Assembly (NCBI GenBank): GCA_018333865.1
Contig: JAGXSE010000009.1
Span: 75,460 to 139,459, forward strand
DNA from: Syntrophomonadaceae bacterium
GTDB taxonomy: Bacteria > Bacillota > PH28-bin88
DNA length: 64,000 nucleotides
Direction: 5' to 3'
Below the pieces are notes generated by a model, which was not told the DNA's origin, ran no database searches, and saw only the letters and a program-made list of their open reading frames with translations. A program made the position numbers and the translations under genes. Within the stretch, counting starts at the first letter, position 1, and each line of letters opens with the position of its first letter. This document shows positions 1 to 8,562 of the stretch, piece after piece.

Positions 1-911
1 GGCAAAACCTTGCAGGGCGACAAATACTCATCTATCTCTCCGTTTTCTATTCGCGGGGGACATACCGATAAACGCTTGTTACATATGTCAGATGCTTTGA
101 TAAAGCTGGCATAACCTTTTATAGATTCGCCCAATGATTCTAATTTACCATAGTCGGGGTATTCCTGTCCGGCCAAGTATTCAATCAGGGCTTCCCCTTC
201 ATTTGCAAAAATAACGTTGCAATATTTGCCTATTGGTCCCATTGAGTCCGCCGATCCAATAAATGAATTGACAAACCCGCCTCCGATTATTATAAATGCC
301 TCTGGCTTTATTTCCTTTATTATCCTGCAAAACAAAACGGCTATTAAAAGCTGACTCTCAAAGGTTATGTTTATACCAACAAGATCACAACCTTTAAAAT
401 CATATGCCATAAGCCATTCTCTGATAAGGAGCGAAAGCTTTGAATCTAGGAACTCAGCTGCGAAATTCTCAATATCATTCCAAACATTCCAACGGTATTT
501 GCTGTCAAGTCCATCCAATCTAAAACGCAAATCGTGATAATTAAACGAATACAAGTCATAACAGGCGCGGACATAATCTATCAGCTCCCAGTATTCGCTT
601 GAAGTTTTGCATATCGACATTTTGTTAATAAGCTCATTATAACTGGTAATATCCCTGCGCAGCCTTATAAATTTTCTGCAGGCCTCTACTTCCAGTTTGC
701 TAAGGTCGGCGTTATTTGGCAGTGCTTCGTTATTACACACTTCTATAATTGCATTTTCAACGACATATTTGACAAACATGTTGTTAAAATCACACAGGTA
801 AAACTCATAATTGACACTGGAAGCAAAACCCGCCATCTGGATCGGTCCAAGCAAAGGAACGGTAGGGTCGAAATTTGGCGGTATGAAAAGATGCATTCCT
901 TTTCTACTCAT
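1..911 (-). CDS. Cobalamin-binding-domain (class B) radical SAM protein, N-terminal ~303 aa only; continues past the window start
   Basis: My own translation of the minus strand from ATG (rc of 909-911) is open to position 1. It reads MSRKGMHLFIPPNFDPTVPLLGPIQMAGF…GINITFESQLLIAVLFCRIIKEIKPEAFIIIGGGFVNS, which resembles the B12-binding domain that precedes the radical SAM core in class B enzymes. It lies 10 nt downstream of the PqqD-like gene on the same strand. Confidence 0.5.
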   Translation of the reverse strand, partial: MSRKGMHLFIPPNFDPTVPLLGPIQMAGFASSVNYEFYLCDFNNMFVKYVVENAIIEVCNNEALPNNADLSKLEVEACRKFIRLRRDITSYNELINKMSICKTSSEYWELIDYVRACYDLYSFNYHDLRFRLDGLDSKYRWNVWNDIENFAAEFLDSKLSLLIREWLMAYDFKGCDLVGINITFESQLLIAVLFCRIIKEIKPEAFIIIGGGFVNSFIGSADSMGPIGKYCNVIFANEGEALIEYLAGQEYPDYGKLESLGESIKGYASFIKASDICNKRLSVCPPRIENGEIDEYLSPCKVL

Positions 912-920
912 ATAAATACC

Positions 921-1199
921 TCAGCCGATCCGCTTGATTAAGCCAAGTTTCAGGAAGCTGTCCAGAGTTTTCATTACCAGTTTATCAATGCCCTCACTCT
1001 GACAGCTGTCTTGTATTGCCTTGATAATAACATCAACCGTATTTATTCCATTGCACAACTCCCAGACTGACATGGCGTCCTCATTCAAAGATAGGGCAGG
1101 TGTAGTTTTCGACACCACCAGCAAACCAAAATTTTCTCTTCTGGTTTTTACACCTTCAACAACACCGAATATCATATCATTGGTTATCACATTTTCCAT
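921..1199 (-). CDS. PqqD-like peptide chaperone (RiPP recognition element)
   Basis: 92 aa. The pattern …ALSLNEDAMSVWELCNGINTVDVIIKAIQ…DSFLKLGLI matches PqqD/RRE proteins. It sits between radical SAM genes in one operon. Confidence 0.6.
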   Translation of the reverse strand: MENVITNDMIFGVVEGVKTRRENFGLLVVSKTTPALSLNEDAMSVWELCNGINTVDVIIKAIQDSCQSEGIDKLVMKTLDSFLKLGLIKRIG

Positions 1200-1217
1200 A
1201 TAAAAGAGCCTCCGTAA

Positions 1218-2219
1218 CTAAAATATTGCATATGGGTCGGCACCACAAATGTCGTTTGAATAAGCATATGCAGCAGCTCTGCATCCACCGCGGCATTCTC
1301 GGAAATGACCACAGTTAATGCACTCATCCGGTACATCTGATCCCAGAACATGCTGCTTGAAAATATTTGAGTTGCGTTTTATTTCCGCAAACGGGCTGTC
1401 AAGAATATTCCCGATATTGATCCTGGACATGCCGCACATTAAAACATTTCCATTTATATCTATATAAAATCTTGAGGTGCCAAAATGACAGTATTCACAA
1501 AAAGGCTTTAGGTCATCCGGTAACGCGCAATAAGGAACTGCATTTGCCATTATGACCTTGAGATCGGGGTACTGGTCGATTTTATGTTTAACTGTACTTA
1601 ACGCTGAAATCAGCTGTTGATGAGATAGTGCCAAATATGCATTATCTTTGCCGATACCTGTAGGAGTAAAGCGGGTAAGGGTAATTTCCCGCAGCCCGTT
1701 CGCATATAAAAACTCAATAAAATCACCAACGAAGCTAGAATTTTTACTTGTTAATACAAAGTTAGACGCTATTCTTACACCATTTCCCAACAGAAGCTTT
1801 AATGCGGAAAATGCCAAATCATAGCTACCGCCTACACAAGTCAATTCATCATGTATATGTGACGGACCATGAAGAGATATGTTTGCACCGTAAATACCAC
1901 ATTTTTTGAAAATTTTCACTGTATCATTGGTGATTAATGTACCGTTAGTTTGCACCATTGTCTTCGAGAATAAATTACAGCATTTCTCGATAATAGCGTT
2001 GATTTGAGGGTGTAATAAAGGCTCTCCGCCTGTTAGAACAATCTCCAGCACATCGCTTTGGGCTAATTTGTCGATTATTTCAAATGCCCTGTGGGTAACT
2101 AAAGGATTTTGGCTGTTGTAGCAAAAACGACAGAAAAGATTACACTGTTCCGTTAATTCGAGTTCCACCCTCATAGGGTTCATTTTTATATTTAGATCAA
2201 GCAGCTTATCTTTGTCCAT
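1218..2219 (-). CDS. Radical SAM enzyme with a SPASM-type C-terminal Cys cluster (sacti/ranthipeptide-synthase-like maturase 2)
   Basis: N-terminal CNLFCRFCYN (CxxxCxxC). C-terminal Cys-rich tail …CEYCHFGTSRF…CGMSRINIG…CINCGHFRECRGGC. It is a paralogue of the upstream gene. Confidence 0.85.
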   Translation of the reverse strand: MDKDKLLDLNIKMNPMRVELELTEQCNLFCRFCYNSQNPLVTHRAFEIIDKLAQSDVLEIVLTGGEPLLHPQINAIIEKCCNLFSKTMVQTNGTLITNDTVKIFKKCGIYGANISLHGPSHIHDELTCVGGSYDLAFSALKLLLGNGVRIASNFVLTSKNSSFVGDFIEFLYANGLREITLTRFTPTGIGKDNAYLALSHQQLISALSTVKHKIDQYPDLKVIMANAVPYCALPDDLKPFCEYCHFGTSRFYIDINGNVLMCGMSRINIGNILDSPFAEIKRNSNIFKQHVLGSDVPDECINCGHFRECRGGCRAAAYAYSNDICGADPYAIF

Positions 2220-2222
2220 AAG

Positions 2223-3236
2223 CTATTTCCCCCACTTCCTTGTGGAAATGGTTTCTCCACAAGCGTTTATCGACTCGTCATATACTACGCAGCCGCCTTT
2301 ACACCTGGGAAATTCTTCGCAGCTTCTGCAAGGAACAGGGATATGGCATAACGCTTCGTATTTTTTCCATCCGGGCGCATTCCATATATCATCAAAAGAA
2401 TGAATATTCAAGTCGCCAATTATATCATCCGATATGGTACAAGGTGTGACTTTTCCTGTAGGGCTGATCCTGCATAAACCATAGCCGTATTGACATGGTA
2501 TATTCAATATCCTCAATTTGCTGTGGTATTCGCTATCTATTTCACAATAAGGTACCGGTCCGGGTAAACTGACATCGCTTATTGCAGAGAAATCTTCTTT
2601 TACCTGCAAAAGCAGGTCTATGAGTTTCATGGTCGCTTTGGAATCAAGTAAAAGGCCTTTGTTGTTACTATTATTCAAAATATACCGGGTTGAGCACAAA
2701 GAATAGCAATCCAAACCAGCAGCCAATTTGCCGATGTTGTAAATATCTTCAAAATTTTCAGTTGAAGTGCATACATTAACCTCGACTTTTATTCCATTAT
2801 GTCTTAAGATTTTTATTCCATTTATCACATCGTCATAAGCACCAACTCTTCCCGTCATCTTATCGTGTTTCGATTTGTCGGAATGTAGTATTGACGTACA
2901 AACACTTTTCATGTATCTGGCTATAATTTTCGCTATTTGATCTGTTATTAAAGTGGCATTCGTATTCATGTGCAAATCAAATCCCAAAGTGCCGGCATAT
3001 TCAAGAATATTCTGAAAATCGGACCGCACCAACGGTTCACCGCCGTTAAAGTTAATTCTGAATACGCCGATTCCGCATAATTGATCCAATATTTGTTTGA
3101 TTTTTACAAGGCTCAACTCATTTCCATTGACATGCCCCATGGGATTATAACAAAAATAGCATCTATTATTGCATCGTTCGGTTATCTCAAATTGTACATA
3201 AAATGGAGCTTTACTCCGATTTATCCTTTCAATCAT
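2223..3236 (-). CDS. Radical SAM enzyme with a SPASM-type C-terminal Cys cluster (maturase 1)
   Basis: N-terminal CNNRCYFCYN. C-terminal …CQYGYGLCRISPTGKVTPC…CHIPVPCRSCEEFPRCKGGC. A 3-nt gap separates it from the next gene. Confidence 0.85.
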   Translation of the reverse strand: MIERINRSKAPFYVQFEITERCNNRCYFCYNPMGHVNGNELSLVKIKQILDQLCGIGVFRINFNGGEPLVRSDFQNILEYAGTLGFDLHMNTNATLITDQIAKIIARYMKSVCTSILHSDKSKHDKMTGRVGAYDDVINGIKILRHNGIKVEVNVCTSTENFEDIYNIGKLAAGLDCYSLCSTRYILNNSNNKGLLLDSKATMKLIDLLLQVKEDFSAISDVSLPGPVPYCEIDSEYHSKLRILNIPCQYGYGLCRISPTGKVTPCTISDDIIGDLNIHSFDDIWNAPGWKKYEALCHIPVPCRSCEEFPRCKGGCVVYDESINACGETISTRKWGK

Positions 3237-3305
3237 GCAAATTCTCCTTTAGTCAATTTGCGCAATGAGAGCAGTTGATTTATAAATAACGGGAGCAGTA
3301 TTATA

Positions 3306-3452
3306 TCACTTGCATGCGCTGCAAGCAGTACACGCAGTACAAGCACAACAGGCGTCCATGTCCCTAATATCGAAGACAACCTCGCTCTCGCTTGAAAAAG
3401 GAACTTTGAACGGGTCAAACACTTCTATCTTTGGAGAAAACTCTTTCTTCAT
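3306..3452 (-). CDS. Candidate RiPP precursor peptide of 48 aa: MKKEFSPKIEVFDPFKVPFSSESEVVFDIRDMDACCACTACTACSACK
   Basis: It is the first gene of the rSAM operon. A strong RBS (AAAGGAGGTGA) lies 5 nt before an internal ATG of the 70-aa ORF in the track. The C-terminal 14 residues carry six Cys, five of them at a strict 3-residue period. Confidence 0.55.
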   Translation of the reverse strand: MKKEFSPKIEVFDPFKVPFSSESEVVFDIRDMDACCACTACTACSACK

Positions 3453-3810
3453 GCCACTCACCTCCTTTAGTCCTAAAATTAAATTTACTGCTCTCATGCT
3501 GCAAACTCTCCCCCTCATTTGCTCCCTTAAAAAGCGTTGAAATACTGGTAAATACTATATTTGTTAAGGTTCAGATAGGAGGAACTTAGCTCCCTTATTT
3601 ATATCTAATTATATGTCAATTTTTTTCATGCTTGTCAATATAAACCAAATTATAAAATTATACTCTTATGATATATTACTTTGAAGCTATCAATTTCTTT
3701 ATGTATACCCGTACTCATAAAATATAAATGTGGTTCAAAGCTACTGAAAACTTGTGAAAGGTAAAAAAGAAACTGTAACAGAACTTTTATTCCATTACAG
3801 CCTCTTTCAT

Positions 3811-3888
3811 TGGAGCCCTCATCCGGAATCGAACCGGAGAAAACTCTTCCTTACCATGGAAGCGCTCTACCTACTGAGCTATGAGGGC
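3811..3888 (-). tRNA. tRNA-Thr (anticodon GGU) with 3' CCA encoded
   Basis: The reverse complement GCCCTCATAGCTCAGTAGGTAGAGCGCTTCCATGGTAAGGAAG…TCCGGTTCGATTCCGGATGAGGGCTCCA folds as a cloverleaf. The anticodon loop is AUGGUAA. The variable region is somewhat long at 7 nt. Confidence 0.65.
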
Positions 3889-4141
3889 ATACTAAGTTTG
3901 TTATAGCCGTATTGTTGCCGTTTATTGGCAGATTTAAGCACCGCTCTTTCATTACGATCCTTTTTCAACTTACATATCCATACTTCAAAAGCTTCGGGAT
4001 TGTTTTTCCCGTTTTTAATAGCAAAATTTTTTAACGCTTCCACTCTGCCGGTCAGTAGCAGTGCCTGAAATAAAACAGGCTGGATGTAAAGCCTATATAG
4101 GTGGGAATGAATTCTCTTATATTCATAATTGATTTTTCCTA

Positions 4142-6206
4142 TTATTTTTCTATGCTTTTTATAAGCTCATTTGCAATATTAGGACTTTCAAGACTCATGA
4201 TGCTTTCCTCTGCACTACCGAAGCTTAATAGATTTATACTCCCATACCATACAATCCTTTGATCTATAACTGCAAATTTTTGGTGTATGTTTGATTTAAA
4301 AACTATACTTACTCCCGCACCTTTCAGGATATCCAATGTCTCTCGCAAAGTTGTCATCTCCTTGCCATTGAAATCATCAGCCGGTCTGGTCACTACAATT
4401 ATTTTCACCTTATTTCCTAAAGCAACCTCCAGGTTTTGCATCATTTGTAAACTACGCTTTCTAGTAACAAACGGACTTACTATCAAAATCTCTCTTGCAG
4501 CATTCACTATGTCATTAGAATATACCGGCAAAAAGTTGCTTTTATCAAAAATAATGTCTATCGACTCTGTTGTAATACTTTCACCTTTTGCTTTATAGCC
4601 AATTGCGGCATATCCGGTAAGTCGCTTATTATACATTTTCTCCAGCATTCTTACATGGATATCTACATAATCGTAGATTTGCACTTCACTTTTTCCTTCA
4701 AATAACCTGTGAAGCCTCCCTGCATATTGCTGCAAGGTTCCTTTCCATGATATAGGCATAGCTAAAAATAAGGTGTCAAGCCTTGGTTCATCAAAGCCCT
4801 CTCCTATATATTTACCTGTCGCCACTAAAGTCAATGGCTTGTCAATCGCAATTGGTTTTATCTATCCAGCAAACTTCTATTCCCAGTCCTTCAAATACAG
4901 CTTTCAAATCTGCTTCACATCCTCTTGGCAGACATAAGTATTCTGCTGTCTCTTCAGCACATGAAATGATTCTGGGTTTATCAAAGGTCGGCATGCGCAT
5001 GGCTTGGGCTTTATAAAATTCAGGGTTTTTGAAAGCCGCCAAACGCTTCAAATGATTTAATGCCCTTTGGGAAATACTGAGTTTCGGTATAAATAACATA
5101 TTGGCTTTTACAATTTCAATACACTGCGGGAAATCATCTTTTAACAGTTTAATCCTGCTTGTTTCCCATGGCTTTTGTGCTTCTTCTTCATCTTTTTTCA
5201 GCACTCCAAGTTCATTTCCCTGGCATAATTTTGATATGAGTATCTCTATGTCATCTTCAGGAAGCTTCTGGATTGAGGCTAAAAATGCCCATTGATCATC
5301 GAATGGTTGAAAATGTTCATCTATAAAAACGCTGTTATTATCTTTTCTTGCAGCTTTTTGCAGCGGCAAAGCAATTAAATGGCCCAAGCCGCCTTTCGGC
5401 ATGGTATCCTGATTAGGAAAAAACCTGTCATATGACTTGAAAGTAATCTCATGCCGTTTGCTCATGGCATAGGTAAGCAATGCACTTCCGAATTTCCTTG
5501 CCAAAGAAGCGGCTATAGGACTTTCAAAGAAAAACCACATATGGGCTCCATTGCCTGACCGTGACCGTTCAACTGTAATAGGAATTTTAAACTCCGAACA
5601 CACCTCCCTCAATGTCGTGACGTCCTTTTGCCACTCTCCATCGTCAAAATCAATGGCTAAAAAATAACAGGTCTCATCAAGGTACATCGGATATATTCCT
5701 GCAATAAATTTATCTTGGCCGCGAAAATCGTTACTACGAAGATCTTTACCACGAAGATGAGCATCAATTACCTTTTCATCTAAAACAAGATAGTCTTTAT
5801 GCTTGCAGTCCGCACATTTAGTTTTTGACTTTTGACAGATACCCGGCTTCCATTCGTTGGCACATGCGGGAGCATATCCGGAAGTCCCTTTCTTACTGTT
5901 CTCCCATCTCTCGGCATAAACATCATCCCGACCTCTAAAGAGTGACATAAACAACTTGATCTTTTCTACAGAATCTGACCCGTTATTAACGGATGGATCT
6001 AAAACTTGAGCAGAATGGTTCTGTTCTGATATTTCCGGCTCAGGTTTATGTTCAAAAATATCATCAGGATTACCCTGTGATTCTTCGATACCGAGTTGAG
6101 CTTTCAAGCTTTTTATTTCTTCTCTTTGGTTTTTTATTTCCTCTCTCAAGTTTTTGTTCTCAGTCAGCAGCGTCTGATACTTTTCAAATAGCTCTTTAAA
6201 ATCCAT
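4142..6206 (-). pseudogene. Disrupted gene: AEP primase-polymerase-like N-terminus + SF2 helicase C-terminal domain + PLD/HKD nuclease, with a frameshift around 4835-4844
   Basis: Two adjacent ORFs in different frames are separated by 7 nt. The upstream ORF has the motifs LAIDFDD and SRSGNGAHMWFFF and ends in the start of a helicase-C domain. The downstream ORF continues …TLVATGKYIGEGFDEPRLDTLFLA…QYAGRLHR (helicase motif VI) and carries an HKD motif (HQKFAVIDQRIVWYGSINL). No Walker A/DExH N-domain was seen. Confidence 0.5.
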
Positions 6207-6312
6207 GTCTTTCCCCTGTATGCAATCAATTTATAATCGTTGCAAGATTAATTCTGCAACAATTGTTTGATTCGTTTATTTTTATTCGTATCATTTATTC
6301 GTATCAAAATGT

Positions 6313-8007
6313 TTATGAGTCGTTAAATTCAAGGTAATAATATGAAGATCGCCCTTTTTGAGCCAATTTTATACCATGAATTTCAAGCTCATGCATCATT
6401 CTTACAACCTGAAGCTTTGTAAGTCCGGTAAATTGCCTTATTTCTTCATTTGTAAGGTTACGTTCCTTCAACAATGTGAGAATACGAATTTTCATGGACT
6501 CTTTGTCGAGCCTCTTGTCCCGGTCATACTCCGTATCACGCTCAAGCAGAGCATATACTGATGCCTTTAAAGTATAGTACTTTCCTTTTGAGGCACCACC
6601 TGACTGTAAAAGCCCAAGCTGGTTTTCCATATTGTTCAACAATTCCCGGGCTTGTTCAATGCTTCTCTGGCATATGTTTGAAGCCTCTAAAGAAGTGATC
6701 TCTCTATGCCTCAGCAAATAATTCAATATAATAAGATGATCTACATCCAATAAAACACCATCATCAGCCATCTTCTTAACAAACCGCCTGAATGCCGGAA
6801 CAAGTGTAGATGCCAGCATCGTCAGTTCAATTGATTCACCAACCTGCCTATACTGCGGCGGTTCCTTGCCTTCAATAAGTAAAGCCTTATAAATTCTTGG
6901 CACTCCAAGGTTTGATCTGTTGACCAACCTCAATTTATCAAGCAAATCTGCCAAATGCGCATTTCTTGTAACCGGCTGATGATGAAGAATGTTCTCTGAA
7001 GTAATTCCACCAATAAAAGTACCCGGATTTGTGAGAATCAGTTTGTCAGGATAATGCTTCAACATAACTGCACTTGGAATTCTGTAATCCCTATGCATAA
7101 AAGCATTCAATAGTGCCTCGCGTAATGCTATCTTTGGATACTTGCTAAACTCAGGATGCACAAAACCAACTTCTATCGTGGTGGAAGGATTGTCAACCGC
7201 CATATACCTTTCCATTTCATATAACGCAATGGGTATTGCATGAACTCCATCATCCTTAATGGAATAATCCGTAGTTCTGAGCATCTTCCGGAATGACCAA
7301 TAATGATTCGGAATATATCTGGCAATTGCATCGTTTGTTCCGGTGAGAAGAAGTCCTCCAAAGGTGAGTCTGCCGTTTTTAATTGCTCCTACGGAAGAAA
7401 GCAAATCCTCATCAGACATTGAAGCTAATGTATCCGGAGCTCTTTCTTCAGTCATCATCATGCGGATTCTTTCCATGGCAACAGCGGAAAAAAGCTCTTT
7501 CCAGTGCATATCAGTCAGATTTGCAGTAAAATCCGCTGTTCCGCTCTGCTCCATTAGGTCTTTCCTCACAGAACCGGTCAACGGCTTACAATCCTTTCCA
7601 ACTCTTATAGTAGCGCTACCATCGGTCTCGGTATATGGTGGCATTCCGGGGAAAATACGCATTACAAGTATTTTACCTGTTCCTTCAGGAACGGTTATCC
7701 ATTCAAAATTAGCTGTAATGTGGGGCTCGGTTCTATCATAAATGGTCTTTTGAAGCATAACAGCATCCACATAAAGGGGCACTCCCTTTATTGCACCATT
7801 TCTACCCCTGACTTTATCTCTGACACCAAAAATTACTACTCCCCCACCGCCGTTTGACATGCACACAGCCATTTTAACAGCCAGATTCTCAGCATCATTG
7901 TTGCTTCTTTCATTCCATTCCTTAAAGTCCAGTTCCTGTCCTTCAAGGTCATCTGCTATATATGTATTCAGTTGCTCCAACAGGGTTAGGATTTCACTTG
8001 TTTTCAT
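6313..8007 (-). CDS. AlbA_2/Schlafen-like ATPase with a C-terminal winged-HTH (COG2865-type putative transcriptional regulator)
   Basis: 564 aa. The N-terminal divergent AAA/AlbA_2-like region contains …GGGGVVIFGVRDKV…. The C-terminal region resembles an HTH (…RNLTNEEIRQFTGLTKLQVVRMMHELE…). Confidence 0.65.
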   Translation of the reverse strand: MKTSEILTLLEQLNTYIADDLEGQELDFKEWNERSNNDAENLAVKMAVCMSNGGGGVVIFGVRDKVRGRNGAIKGVPLYVDAVMLQKTIYDRTEPHITANFEWITVPEGTGKILVMRIFPGMPPYTETDGSATIRVGKDCKPLTGSVRKDLMEQSGTADFTANLTDMHWKELFSAVAMERIRMMMTEERAPDTLASMSDEDLLSSVGAIKNGRLTFGGLLLTGTNDAIARYIPNHYWSFRKMLRTTDYSIKDDGVHAIPIALYEMERYMAVDNPSTTIEVGFVHPEFSKYPKIALREALLNAFMHRDYRIPSAVMLKHYPDKLILTNPGTFIGGITSENILHHQPVTRNAHLADLLDKLRLVNRSNLGVPRIYKALLIEGKEPPQYRQVGESIELTMLASTLVPAFRRFVKKMADDGVLLDVDHLIILNYLLRHREITSLEASNICQRSIEQARELLNNMENQLGLLQSGGASKGKYYTLKASVYALLERDTEYDRDKRLDKESMKIRILTLLKERNLTNEEIRQFTGLTKLQVVRMMHELEIHGIKLAQKGRSSYYYLEFNDS

Positions 8008-8036
8008 TGTAATACCTCATTTCTGCCATTCACAAA

Positions 8037-8429
8037 TTACTGAGCATGTTTCAATTTCATAATTGCTTGCCTTATCGCTTCACTTTCCGAAATATTATTT
8101 GTCTGACAATAATTATTCAATATTTCTACAATTTCCTCGTCCATCCGTATTGTAATCCTTTTTTCTTTAACAGTCTCTTTCTTTGGCCTTCCCTTTGCTA
8201 ATGGTTTTCTTCTGTACTGTTTTTTGTCAGACAGATATTCAATAATCAAGATTCTATCTCGCTCATAAAATTTCTTATTTTTAACAATCAACTCTTCCCA
8301 AAGCATCTTTGCCTTTTCTGCTGTCTCAGCCCATTCTTTTTGGTATTGTTCCTTTTCCTTGCTATTCTTAGACTTTGCTATCTGCTTTAACATTAAAGTC
8401 TGCAAATCCTTATAAGTTTCACACTTCAT
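8037..8429 (-). CDS. Ribbon-helix-helix (CopG-like) domain protein
   Basis: 130 aa, Lys/Glu-rich. The C-terminal stretch RITIRMDEEIVEILNNYCQTNNISESEAIRQAIMKL is typical of RHH DNA-binding proteins. Confidence 0.4.
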   Translation of the reverse strand: MKCETYKDLQTLMLKQIAKSKNSKEKEQYQKEWAETAEKAKMLWEELIVKNKKFYERDRILIIEYLSDKKQYRRKPLAKGRPKKETVKEKRITIRMDEEIVEILNNYCQTNNISESEAIRQAIMKLKHAQ

Positions 8430-8562
8430 ATCAGTAGCGTTGCATAAAACCTACCTACCAAAATTCTAGTGCAAGGATGCAAATACCATTATTATAATTT
8501 ATTACATTATTGGTGTATACACCCAAGTAGCTTTCTGGCCGCTGTGTAAAGGGACTAACCAC

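Noticed and set aside
3233-3540. Track ORFs 3233..3418(-), 3310..3540(+) and the 70-aa version of 3306..3518(-)
   Set aside because: They are antisense to, or out of frame with, the peptide gene. The upstream-extended start lacks an RBS, whereas the internal ATG has AAAGGAGGTGA.
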